Shown: in pieces, positions 9,513 through 18,129 of the stretch
Layout: each line of letters starts with the position of its first letter
Numbering within the stretch: position 1 is the first letter of the stretch
Source: a virus
Taxonomy: Duplodnaviria > Caudoviricetes
Virus record (IMG/VR): IMGVR_UViG_3300020042_012680
Location: 1-64,000 of that record
DNA length: 64,000 bases
Strand: one strand, 5' to 3'
Made by a program: the position numbers and the translations under genes
Notes under the pieces: model-generated
The model's input: the letters and a program-made list of their open reading frames with translations, nothing else
What the model was told of the DNA's origin: nothing
The model's database searches: none

Positions 9513-12087
9513 CCATTTAGAAGATAAAGTATTTTCAGATAAATTTGAAAATACAGATTTAGGTCTACATGGAGTTAGACTTCCAGAATTTTCAATAGAT
9601 CCATCCCTTAAGAGACATTTAAATATTAGCGAAGATGTTTCCAATTATGAATTTTTAAGAGCATTAGCTTTAAATGGATTTAAAAAATTAAATATAGATA
9701 AAAACAATAAAGATTATAAAAAATACATCGATAGAGCTAAATACGAACTAGATACTCTAAAAGAATTAGGGTTTATTGATTATATTTTATTAGTTTGGGA
9801 TGTTATTGATTTCTGTAAGACTAGCGATATTCCAATAGGATTAGGCAGAGGTTCAGCTGCAGGGTCATTAATTTTATATCTTATTGGAGTAACTAGAATT
9901 GATCCAGTAAAATATGACCTTTATTTCGAAAGATTTATATCCAAGATTCGAGCTAAAAAGCAGGTTATTAATGGTATAACATACTTGGATGGAAGCTTAA
10001 TGTGTGATGTAGATATTGACATTTGTTATTATAATCGCCAAAAAGTACTTCAATATTTAGAAACAAAATTTAAAGGTAAAACTAGCAAAATTTTAACATT
10101 AAATACTCTAAGTGGAAAATTACTTATTAAAGAATGCGGCAAGATCGTAGGAGAAAAGAGCGAAGAAGAAATGACTAGTATTTCTTCGCTGATCCCCAAA
10201 GTTTACGGTCAAGTTAAAGACATTAATATTGCTTATGAAGAAGTAGAGAAATTTAAAAATTGGTGCGATGAGAATAAAGAAACATTTCAAATTGCTTTAA
10301 AATTAAGAGATTTAATCAAGAACAAAGGGGTTCATCCATCTGGGGTTCTTCTTTCTTATTACGATTTAGAAACAGTATGTCCTACCGAATTTTCTTCTGA
10401 TAAAGAACCAGTTTCTAGTTTTGATATGAATTGGGTTAGTATATTTAATATTAAGCTTGATATTCTAGGCTTAAGAAGCGTTTCTGTAGTTGATGATGTT
10501 TGTAAAAGTATAGGAATTAAAGTAGAAGATATTGATTTAAATCATGAAACTATTTATAGAAATTTACAAGAATTAAGATCACCTCATGGACTATTTCAAA
10601 TTGAAGCAGAAACTAATTTCAGAGTTTGCCAAAAAGTAAAACCTAAAAATCTTGAAGAACTTAGCGGAGTATTAGCCTTGGCAAGACCTGGAGCATTACA
10701 ATTCGTAGATAAATACGCGGCTCATACAAATTATCAGCAATCAGAAAGTATTCATCCGTTTTTTGATGAAATTTTAAAAGAAACAGGTGGCGTAGCACTT
10801 TATCAAGAACAGCTGATGAAGATGGCTCATAAAATTGGATTTAGTTTGGATGAAGCAGAAATCTTAAGAAGGATCGTAGGTAAAAAGAAAACAGAAGAAA
10901 TTAAAGCATGGAAGAAGAAAATTGAAACTAAGATTAAAGAAAATAAAATTCCCAAAGAAGTAGGAGACATTCTATGGAAAATATTGGAAGATTCTGCGAA
11001 TTATTCATTTAACAAGAGTCATTCATTGGCGTATGCAGCCCTAGCAGCGGTTACAATTTATTTAAAATTCAATTATCCTCAACAATTCTTTTTATCATTA
11101 TTAAAAATGAGCAGAAATGAACCAGATCCAATTGGTGAAATTTCTAAAATTCAAAAAGAAATGCATGAATTTGATATCAAACTTCTTCCTCCGCATATTA
11201 TTAAATCAGAAATGGATTTCTCAATAGAAAATAAAGATATTAGATTTGGCTTGTTATCTATCAAAGGAATTAGTGATAAATCTATTGAAAAACTAAACAG
11301 TTTCAGAAATAAGTATTCTAATAAGTTTGAAATCTTTCAAGCAGCAGAAGAAGCCAATCTAAACATTGGAGTATTATCTTCTTTGATTCAGGCAGGAGCA
11401 TTGAGTGGTTTTAATCAATCTAGAAGTAAAATTGTATTAGAGGCTCAATTATGGAATATTTTAACAGCTAAAGAGAAAAAGTATTCAATTTCATTCGCAG
11501 ATAAGTTTGATTACGATTTGATTAAAATTATCAAACATCTCAATAAATTTACTGACGAGAAGAATCACTTGGTTATTAAAGATAATAGATTAAATACTAT
11601 TAAAGCAAAATATGCGCCATATCTTGAAATCTATAATCAGAATAGTAAAAGTGAAAGCTTTGCTAATTGGTATTATGAAAAGAAACTGCTAGGATATACA
11701 TATAATAAAAATTTAAGAGATATCTTCGCAGAGAAAAGAGAAAACCTTAAATATGTTAGTGATATTATAGATGAACCAGTTAATAGTAAAGTGGCATTTG
11801 TTGGTCAAATAGAAGAAATATATACTGGCGTATCTAAAAATGAAAAGAAAACTAGGTATGTAAGGTTAAAAATATCAGATGAAACCAGTTCAATAAGCAC
11901 ATTAATATTTAATGATAATATTGAGAATAATAAATTATTAAATAATAAAGCTTTTGAAGAAGGTAATATTGTTATAGCGAAAGGCTCTAAAAGAGATGAT
12001 TGTATATTTGGAGATTTAATAGCTATTCAAGATCATCAAATTTATATGAAATTAAATGATTTAAAAAAGACAGATAAAAATAATTGA
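9505..12087 (+). CDS. dnaE: DNA polymerase III alpha catalytic core (family C), lacking PHP
   Basis: GRGSAAGS, FERF, DVDID, HPSGV, KLDILGL, GLFQ, YQEQLM, FNKSH, IRFGL..IKG, C-terminal OB fold. Confidence 0.96.
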   Translation: MNNHLEDKVFSDKFENTDLGLHGVRLPEFSIDPSLKRHLNISEDVSNYEFLRALALNGFKKLNIDKNNKDYKKYIDRAKYELDTLKELGFIDYILLVWDVIDFCKTSDIPIGLGRGSAAGSLILYLIGVTRIDPVKYDLYFERFISKIRAKKQVINGITYLDGSLMCDVDIDICYYNRQKVLQYLETKFKGKTSKILTLNTLSGKLLIKECGKIVGEKSEEEMTSISSLIPKVYGQVKDINIAYEEVEKFKNWCDENKETFQIALKLRDLIKNKGVHPSGVLLSYYDLETVCPTEFSSDKEPVSSFDMNWVSIFNIKLDILGLRSVSVVDDVCKSIGIKVEDIDLNHETIYRNLQELRSPHGLFQIEAETNFRVCQKVKPKNLEELSGVLALARPGALQFVDKYAAHTNYQQSESIHPFFDEILKETGGVALYQEQLMKMAHKIGFSLDEAEILRRIVGKKKTEEIKAWKKKIETKIKENKIPKEVGDILWKILEDSANYSFNKSHSLAYAALAAVTIYLKFNYPQQFFLSLLKMSRNEPDPIGEISKIQKEMHEFDIKLLPPHIIKSEMDFSIENKDIRFGLLSIKGISDKSIEKLNSFRNKYSNKFEIFQAAEEANLNIGVLSSLIQAGALSGFNQSRSKIVLEAQLWNILTAKEKKYSISFADKFDYDLIKIIKHLNKFTDEKNHLVIKDNRLNTIKAKYAPYLEIYNQNSKSESFANWYYEKKLLGYTYNKNLRDIFAEKRENLKYVSDIIDEPVNSKVAFVGQIEEIYTGVSKNEKKTRYVRLKISDETSSISTLIFNDNIENNKLLNNKAFEEGNIVIAKGSKRDDCIFGDLIAIQDHQIYMKLNDLKKTDKNN

Positions 12088-12112
12088 CATTTTAAAATAT
12101 AAGTAGTAACAT
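12084..12112 (+). promoter_or_regulatory. sigma70-type promoter (probably leaderless)
   Basis: TTGACA-17-TAACAT; ATG 8 nt after; -35 overlaps the dnaE TGA. Confidence 0.65.
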
Positions 12113-12120
12113 AAAGTAAT

Positions 12121-12654
12121 ATGATATCATTTTATAAACCAAATAGTAAGAATACAGGCACAGCTTGTAGTTTTAGCGTAAATTCAAAAGATAATTCAGT
12201 ATGGGGATCATTAATTAAACAAAGCTCTTGGAATGATGCCAAAAAGATTGGATCTTTCTCCGAAAACCAAAATAATCCAAATAAAAGCGTTAAAATTAAA
12301 TTTTCATTAACAGAAGCTGCTGGAATTCTTGACGCAATAGAAAGAAATACAGAGTTTTCTGCTTATCATAACTCGGAAAAACAAATTACTAAGATTAAAT
12401 TGTCTCCCTATATTAGGGAAGAAAAACAAGTGGGTTTTTCTTATAGCGTTCATAAAGAAGATAAACAAAATATAGAAAACAAACAATCTTATTTAATTGG
12501 TTTTTACTTCAACGAAGCTAGACTTTTAAGAGAGTTTTTAGCGTATTCTTTAAATTGTGTTTTCGAAACTCAAAGAATTGAAGCGATAAAGAAAGCTAAA
12601 AATTCAACAAAAGAAACCATCAATAACTCACAAGAAGATAGCGAACTTTGGTAA
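12121..12654 (+). CDS. Putative Whirly/PC4-fold ssDNA-binding protein
   Basis: Pattern similar to plant Whirly proteins (recalled, not searched); position after dnaE; acidic-aromatic C-terminus EDSELW. Confidence 0.5.
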   Translation: MISFYKPNSKNTGTACSFSVNSKDNSVWGSLIKQSSWNDAKKIGSFSENQNNPNKSVKIKFSLTEAAGILDAIERNTEFSAYHNSEKQITKIKLSPYIREEKQVGFSYSVHKEDKQNIENKQSYLIGFYFNEARLLREFLAYSLNCVFETQRIEAIKKAKNSTKETINNSQEDSELW

Positions 12655-14570
12655 TCGTGAAAAGAAAAAAGATTTTATTTCAAAGTGATTTTTCTTTAGC
12701 GAAAACTGGTTTCGGTAGAAACTCTAGAGCTTTATTAAAGTATCTATATTCCACAGATAAGTATGATATAACTCACTACTGTTGTGGTATGCCTTACGAT
12801 CACCCAGAGCTTAAAAAAACCCCATGGAAATCAGTAGGCTCACTTCCGAATAATCAACAAGAACTAGATCAACTCAATAGAGATCCAAACTTGGCAAGAA
12901 TGGCTAGTTATGGGGCTTATTCTATAGATAGAATAATTAACGAAGAAAAACCAGATGTGTATTTCGCTGTACAAGATATTTGGGGGGTTGATTTTGCAAT
13001 TGAAAAAAATTGGTTTTCTAAAATTAGTTCTGTTATTTGGACGACATTAGATTCCTTGCCTATACTTCAATCTGCTATTACAAATGCAAACAAGATCAAA
13101 AATTATTGGATCTGGAGTAATTTCGCAACAAAAGCGCTGCATAAACTTGGTTATAGTCATATAAAAACAGTTCACGGGTGTTTAGAGGATAAAGATTTTT
13201 ACAGATTATCAGATTTTGATAGAAAAGAACTTCGCAAAAAGAATAATCTTCCAGAAAATGCTTTTATTATAGGATTTGTGTTTAGAAATCAGTTAAGAAA
13301 AAGTGTTCCCAATCTTTTGCAAGGCTATGCTTTATGGAAAAAAGAAAATCCAAAAATTGAGAATACTTATTTATTGCTTCATACACATTGGGGAGAAGGT
13401 TGGAACATACACAAGTTAGCTTCAGAAATTGGAGTAGATCCTAAAGAAATATTAACGACATATGTATGTAAAAATTGTGGTGAATACGAAATTAAACCCT
13501 TTATTGGTCAAGATTTAAACTGTAAATATTGTGGAGCAGAAAAGAGTCAGACAACTACAAACGTAGGATTAGGAGTCATAGAGTCTCAATTAAATGAGAT
13601 ATACAATTTTATGGACACATACTGCCATCCTTTTACAAGCGGAGGTCAAGAGATACCCATTCAAGAAGCAAAATTAACAGAATTAATTACGTTAGTTACC
13701 AATTATTCTTGTGGAGAAGAGATGTGTGAGCCAGAAGCAGGTTCATTAGCTTTAGAATGGACCGAATATAGAGAACACGGAACAGAATTTATTAAAGCTT
13801 CTACAACTCCAGAATCTATAGCTAAACAAATTAATATTGTATATAAAATGCCTGAGCATAAAAGAAAAGAGTTAGGTAAAAAAGCTAGAGAATGGACAAT
13901 TAATAATTTTGCAGTAAAAAACATAGGCAAAATTCTAGAAGATTTTATTGACTCTCAACCCTTTGCTGATTGGGAAAAAATAAAAGAAAATCCAGAAGAC
14001 AAAAAAGATCCTTACTATCAAATGCCAGAAATTCCAGATGACGCAAGCTGGTTGATTCATTTGTATCATAATATTTTAAAAATGAAAAATATTGACGGTA
14101 ACGATTCTGGACATAAATATTGGATGCAAGAATTATCTAAAGGGACAAAAAGACAAGACGTAGAAAATTATTTTAGGAACGTCGCCTTGAAAGAAAATGA
14201 AAATAAAAAACAAGTAAAATTTGAAGATTTACTTGATGAAAAAGATAAAGGTAGGGTTATATATGTTATGCCAGAGAGCGCGGGAGACATATTCTTAAGT
14301 ACTGCTTTATTTAAATCTATTAAAAATAGATATCCAGATTATAGCTTGTATGTGGCTACAAAACCGCAGTATAAAGACATACTAGATGGTAACCCTTATG
14401 TTCACAGATGGATAGAGTATAATCCTATTATGGACAATTTAATTTGGTTAGAAGGAAATAGTCAACACGATGGATACTTTGATATCGCTTATTTACCTTA
14501 TACCTGCACTCAAAGAAATTTAAATTATCTTCACAATGGTTTAGATAAAATAGATTTTGAACTCGAATAA
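12648..14570 (+). CDS. Multidomain glycosyltransferase (GT4-like + Zn ribbon + DUF4214-like + GT9 N-half)
   Basis: TGFG, GFVFRNQLRK, HPFTSGGQEIPIQEA (GT4 E-x7-E); CKNC..CKYC; LYHNIL...DSGHKYWMQEL; ESAGDIFLSTALFKSIKNRYP. Confidence 0.85.
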   Translation: MVIVKRKKILFQSDFSLAKTGFGRNSRALLKYLYSTDKYDITHYCCGMPYDHPELKKTPWKSVGSLPNNQQELDQLNRDPNLARMASYGAYSIDRIINEEKPDVYFAVQDIWGVDFAIEKNWFSKISSVIWTTLDSLPILQSAITNANKIKNYWIWSNFATKALHKLGYSHIKTVHGCLEDKDFYRLSDFDRKELRKKNNLPENAFIIGFVFRNQLRKSVPNLLQGYALWKKENPKIENTYLLLHTHWGEGWNIHKLASEIGVDPKEILTTYVCKNCGEYEIKPFIGQDLNCKYCGAEKSQTTTNVGLGVIESQLNEIYNFMDTYCHPFTSGGQEIPIQEAKLTELITLVTNYSCGEEMCEPEAGSLALEWTEYREHGTEFIKASTTPESIAKQINIVYKMPEHKRKELGKKAREWTINNFAVKNIGKILEDFIDSQPFADWEKIKENPEDKKDPYYQMPEIPDDASWLIHLYHNILKMKNIDGNDSGHKYWMQELSKGTKRQDVENYFRNVALKENENKKQVKFEDLLDEKDKGRVIYVMPESAGDIFLSTALFKSIKNRYPDYSLYVATKPQYKDILDGNPYVHRWIEYNPIMDNLIWLEGNSQHDGYFDIAYLPYTCTQRNLNYLHNGLDKIDFELE

Positions 14571-14584
14571 TATACAATAAAATA

Positions 14585-15736
14585 ATGAGACTTTTAGATA
14601 CATATGCAACTAATACTGGTTCAAAAATTGACAAACCTTTTATCTATACTAAATTTTTTCCCTTGCCATTAGAAAAGTATATAACTTTTCAAGCTCAAAC
14701 TCCTTATGACTCTAGAAATTACTCTTATTGGCAAGAAGTAATTGGATTGATTCATGCCCCTTTATTAAAAGAAAACATTCATATATTACAAGTTGGTATA
14801 AAAGACGAAAAAGTTTTAAATGGAACAATTAACATTGTTGGTCAAACAACGCTAAATCAATTAGCTTATGTTATTGAAAATGGTATTTTACACTTTGGCG
14901 CGGATAGTCTTTCTGTTCATTTAGCTTCTTATTTTGATAAGCCTATAGTTTCAATTTACAGTATAAGTAACCCCGATGTTGCTGGTCCTCATTTTGGAAA
15001 TAAAAATAAACATATACTACTAAAAGGGTACGAAAAAATTGGAAATAAAAAACCATCATACTCTCAAGTAGAAAACCCTAAATCAATAGATACCATAAAA
15101 CCAGAAGAAATTGCTAAAGGAATTTTAGATTTATTAAATATAAGTCATCCTAAATTACCAGAAACTATACATATTGGACCAGATTTTAACAATAGAAGCT
15201 TTGAAGTTATATTAGACGATGAGATCGATGTTAATTCAATTCCAATAGAAAATCCTATTATAAGAATGGACTATCTTTTCAATGAAAAAGTTCTTGAAAA
15301 AGTCTTATTAATTAAAAAATCCATAATTTTCACAGATAAACCTATCAAAAAAGATATACTTAAAAAGTACAAAAGTAATATTATGCAATTAATTTACATT
15401 ATAGATCATAATAATGATCCAGACTTTGTTAAAACATTAAAGAATAATTCAATAAACTATGTATTACTTTCTTTTTTGAAGGATGAAGAGCTTAGTAAGT
15501 ATAAATTAAATTATATGGACTATAACTTAATTATAAATAAAAACCATAAGACTAAAAAAGACGCTAACATAAAAGAGGTTGATAATCTTTACTATAATTC
15601 GTCTAGAATACTCCATACTTCAAAAGGTCAGTTTAGATCAAAATATGATTGGTTAAATAAAACAGGAGATAAAGTGGTAGATCATCCTGATTTTTGGAAA
15701 GAGGTTGATAATTTTTATATTTTTAAGTTGACTTAA
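14585..15736 (+). CDS. GT9-like glycosyltransferase C-half plus unknown domain
   Basis: RNYSYWQEV, ILQVG, GQTTLNQLAYVI...GADSLSVHLASYFDKPIVSIY. Confidence 0.8.
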   Translation: MRLLDTYATNTGSKIDKPFIYTKFFPLPLEKYITFQAQTPYDSRNYSYWQEVIGLIHAPLLKENIHILQVGIKDEKVLNGTINIVGQTTLNQLAYVIENGILHFGADSLSVHLASYFDKPIVSIYSISNPDVAGPHFGNKNKHILLKGYEKIGNKKPSYSQVENPKSIDTIKPEEIAKGILDLLNISHPKLPETIHIGPDFNNRSFEVILDDEIDVNSIPIENPIIRMDYLFNEKVLEKVLLIKKSIIFTDKPIKKDILKKYKSNIMQLIYIIDHNNDPDFVKTLKNNSINYVLLSFLKDEELSKYKLNYMDYNLIINKNHKTKKDANIKEVDNLYYNSSRILHTSKGQFRSKYDWLNKTGDKVVDHPDFWKEVDNFYIFKLT

Positions 15737-15756
15737 AGTTTAATATAGGGTATCAT
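15728..15756 (+). promoter_or_regulatory. sigma70-type promoter (probably leaderless)
   Basis: TTGACT-17-TATCAT; ATG 6 nt after. Confidence 0.65.
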
Positions 15757-15762
15757 TCTTAA

Positions 15763-16569
15763 ATGGGCCCTAAAATTAAAACAGAAGAAAATACAATTTC
15801 AGTAGCCAGTTCTGAGCTTTTTAATATGCCAATACAACAAGAAAATAAAGACTTACCTATTCAGGTGGTCCCACCAAGGCTAATAACAAGAAACAAATAT
15901 GGCTTAATTGAAGATGCAAATATAAATTACATTTATAATGATGATGGAACGATCAACTGGCGCAAAATGGTCAAAACAGAATATCTTGTTAATAACAGAC
16001 AAAAAACCCAAGAAACAGATGTATCTAAGTTAGAAGACAAAGATCTTCTTATTCTATTAGGTGGAATAAAAGAGCTTGCTCAAATCAGAGGATATTCTAA
16101 AGTAGAATACAATGTTGTATCTGCAAATGATACATACTTCGCTACAAGCTGTAGAATTACTTGGCTACCTAATTACGAAACAGACGGCAGAGAGATAGTT
16201 TTTGAATCGTTAGCTGACGCTACAGTAAATAATACCAAGAGCTTTGCTAAATTCTTCTTAGCCGCAATTGCTGAGAATAGAGCCTTTGTAAGATGTGTTC
16301 GTAATTTCTTAAAAATCAATATTGTATCTCAAGAGGAGCTAGGAGAAGCAAAACTATTTGATTTTGCTCAACCTTCTAATGAAAATCCCACTTCGCCTCA
16401 ATCTGTTTTAGAGAAAACTATGAAAGAAAAAGGTGTTAATTTCGAGTCACTTAAAAAAAGACTAATTAAAGATAATTTTGATAATGCAGAAAATTTAAAC
16501 TCTATATCAGATATACCTAAAGTCAAGTTGTTTGAATTGATAGATAGAATCAAGAAGATCAAAGATTAA
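15763..16569 (+). CDS. Conserved-looking phage protein, possibly Rad52/Sak-like annealing protein
   Basis: LGGIKELAQIRG...AIAENRAFVRCVRNFLKINIVSQEEL plus a separate C-terminal helical domain. Confidence 0.4.
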   Translation: MGPKIKTEENTISVASSELFNMPIQQENKDLPIQVVPPRLITRNKYGLIEDANINYIYNDDGTINWRKMVKTEYLVNNRQKTQETDVSKLEDKDLLILLGGIKELAQIRGYSKVEYNVVSANDTYFATSCRITWLPNYETDGREIVFESLADATVNNTKSFAKFFLAAIAENRAFVRCVRNFLKINIVSQEELGEAKLFDFAQPSNENPTSPQSVLEKTMKEKGVNFESLKKRLIKDNFDNAENLNSISDIPKVKLFELIDRIKKIKD

Positions 16570-16605
16570 TATAATATAATATAATATAATATTATATAAT
16601 ATAAT
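16566..16605 (+). repeat. (ATAAT)n microsatellite
   Basis: About 8 tandem ATAAT units, one variant (ATTAT), directly before GTGTAA. Confidence 0.9.
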
Positions 16606-16619
16606 GTGTAAATTATATT

Positions 16620-17318
16620 ATGACTAAAAAACAAGCCTATTGTTGTTTAAATTGCTCACATTTATCTCCTCCTTGTGATGGAGCTATAGACTGTAATATT
16701 TGTTGCGAAGATTGTGGGGATACTAGCGCGTGCAAGTCGAGTGCATATTTTAAAGATGGATCATTTTATCTAAATCATACTACCACTATTACTTTTAATC
16801 TAAACGCAAACTTCACTAATGGCCTTGCTGTTTTCGAGGATTCTGGTTCTGGCACATCTACATATACAAGCAAACAAAATAAATGTTTATCGAATAGCTC
16901 ATATACTAGTAGTACAACTTTTGATGATGGAGATCAATTTTATGATCAGACTGGTTGCGGTGGGACTGAATGTTACGGTTGTAGTTGTAGTGATAATGAA
17001 GAATGTTGGACGGTCGATCGTAGATGTGGTCCAGATTGCTGTGGTACATCTTCCGCAAGCTGTGATACGTGTATTGATGATGAATGCCCAGGTTTTAATT
17101 CTGGATGTAATGGATTAGAGTGCATTTGTACTTCTCCCGAGGATGACTGCGAAGGTACCTATGAAACAGCAAATACAGCAAAAATTACTTTTGAAGATCC
17201 AGTAAAACTTTATAATAAAGAGGGACAAGATGTTGGTAATATAATAGGTGCAACTTATGATCCATGTGCTCCATGTGAAATATGGAGTGCTCCAGCTTGT
17301 CACTTCTTTGCACCTTAA
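16620..17318 (+). CDS. Cysteine-rich protein (28 Cys in 232 aa)
   Basis: Open ORF preceded by GTGTAA (16606-16611); CC, CxxC and CxC clusters. Confidence 0.75.
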   Translation: MTKKQAYCCLNCSHLSPPCDGAIDCNICCEDCGDTSACKSSAYFKDGSFYLNHTTTITFNLNANFTNGLAVFEDSGSGTSTYTSKQNKCLSNSSYTSSTTFDDGDQFYDQTGCGGTECYGCSCSDNEECWTVDRRCGPDCCGTSSASCDTCIDDECPGFNSGCNGLECICTSPEDDCEGTYETANTAKITFEDPVKLYNKEGQDVGNIIGATYDPCAPCEIWSAPACHFFAP

Positions 17319-17615
17319 TTAAAATTCTTTATATTTTACTAATTGATTTCTAACGAAATATAAATTAATAAAAAATCCACAAAAAGCACTTAATAAGTTA
17401 CTAAAATAAGGATAAGTTAATAAATCAAAAGGATTAACGAAAAAACTAATAGCTAAGGATATCCAAAAACTAGAACATTCATGACAAAGCAAAGGCTTAT
17501 GAATATATGGTATTTTAGCTATAAAATTTCTAAAAGGTCTAGCGATCTCAGTGTCACTCCAAGCATAAGTTACTCCTAAACAAAGGAATAAATATACTAC
17601 AAATTGATAAAACAT
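17319..17615 (-). CDS. Small membrane protein with CxxC (DUF1360-like)
   Basis: Three hydrophobic segments; LLCHECSSFW. Confidence 0.6.
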   Translation of the reverse strand: MFYQFVVYLFLCLGVTYAWSDTEIARPFRNFIAKIPYIHKPLLCHECSSFWISLAISFFVNPFDLLTYPYFSNLLSAFCGFFINLYFVRNQLVKYKEF

Positions 17616-18089
17616 TTAAATAAAATAAACAACTAGTTTATCTGGTTTCTCTACTATTGAGAAAGACTTAAAAGGTATCTTTTCTTCAGTTAGTTTTTTA
17701 GCAAGATTTTTCCAATCTTCTTCACTCTTGCCAATTTCGAATACTCTTCCGCCACTATTTCTAAACACGTTTTGTTGCATCATTTGCATATGTTTCTCCA
17801 TTGGGTTGTTTGGTACTTGAGAAGCTTTAATTTCTTCTGTTTTTTCTTGCATTAGGCTCTTAACTTCTTCATTAGTTATTAAGTTATTAAAGTAATCTTG
17901 TTCAGTAGCAATTTTTCCTTGAAGATGAGCCTTTACTCTATTTTTGCAAGAGCAATTTGGGTTGTCTCTAGAGCTAGTAAGATCAGCTAAAATTTCTGGA
18001 AATTTGTCTTTTATAGAAGTAAAAAAAGTGTCATTTTTAAGGAAAGTATTAAAAAATACTGGAGAATTGATGAGTTCTTGAAATGTCAT
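17616..18089 (-). CDS. Hypothetical protein with NPNCSC motif
   Basis: 157 aa ORF with SD (AAGGAA). Confidence 0.7.
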   Translation of the reverse strand: MTFQELINSPVFFNTFLKNDTFFTSIKDKFPEILADLTSSRDNPNCSCKNRVKAHLQGKIATEQDYFNNLITNEEVKSLMQEKTEEIKASQVPNNPMEKHMQMMQQNVFRNSGGRVFEIGKSEEDWKNLAKKLTEEKIPFKSFSIVEKPDKLVVYFI

Positions 18090-18129
18090 ATAATTTATTA
18101 TATATTAATATTCCTTATATTTCTAAAAT

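Noticed and set aside
2002-12087. Inteins or introns in recA, dnaB, dnaE
   Set aside because: Lengths and motif spacing are normal; no splice-junction or homing-endonuclease motifs seen.
16819-17303. Track ORFs 16819..17118 (+) and 17115..17303 (-)
   Set aside because: They overlap the longer Cys-rich ORF that has the promoter motif; no independent signals.
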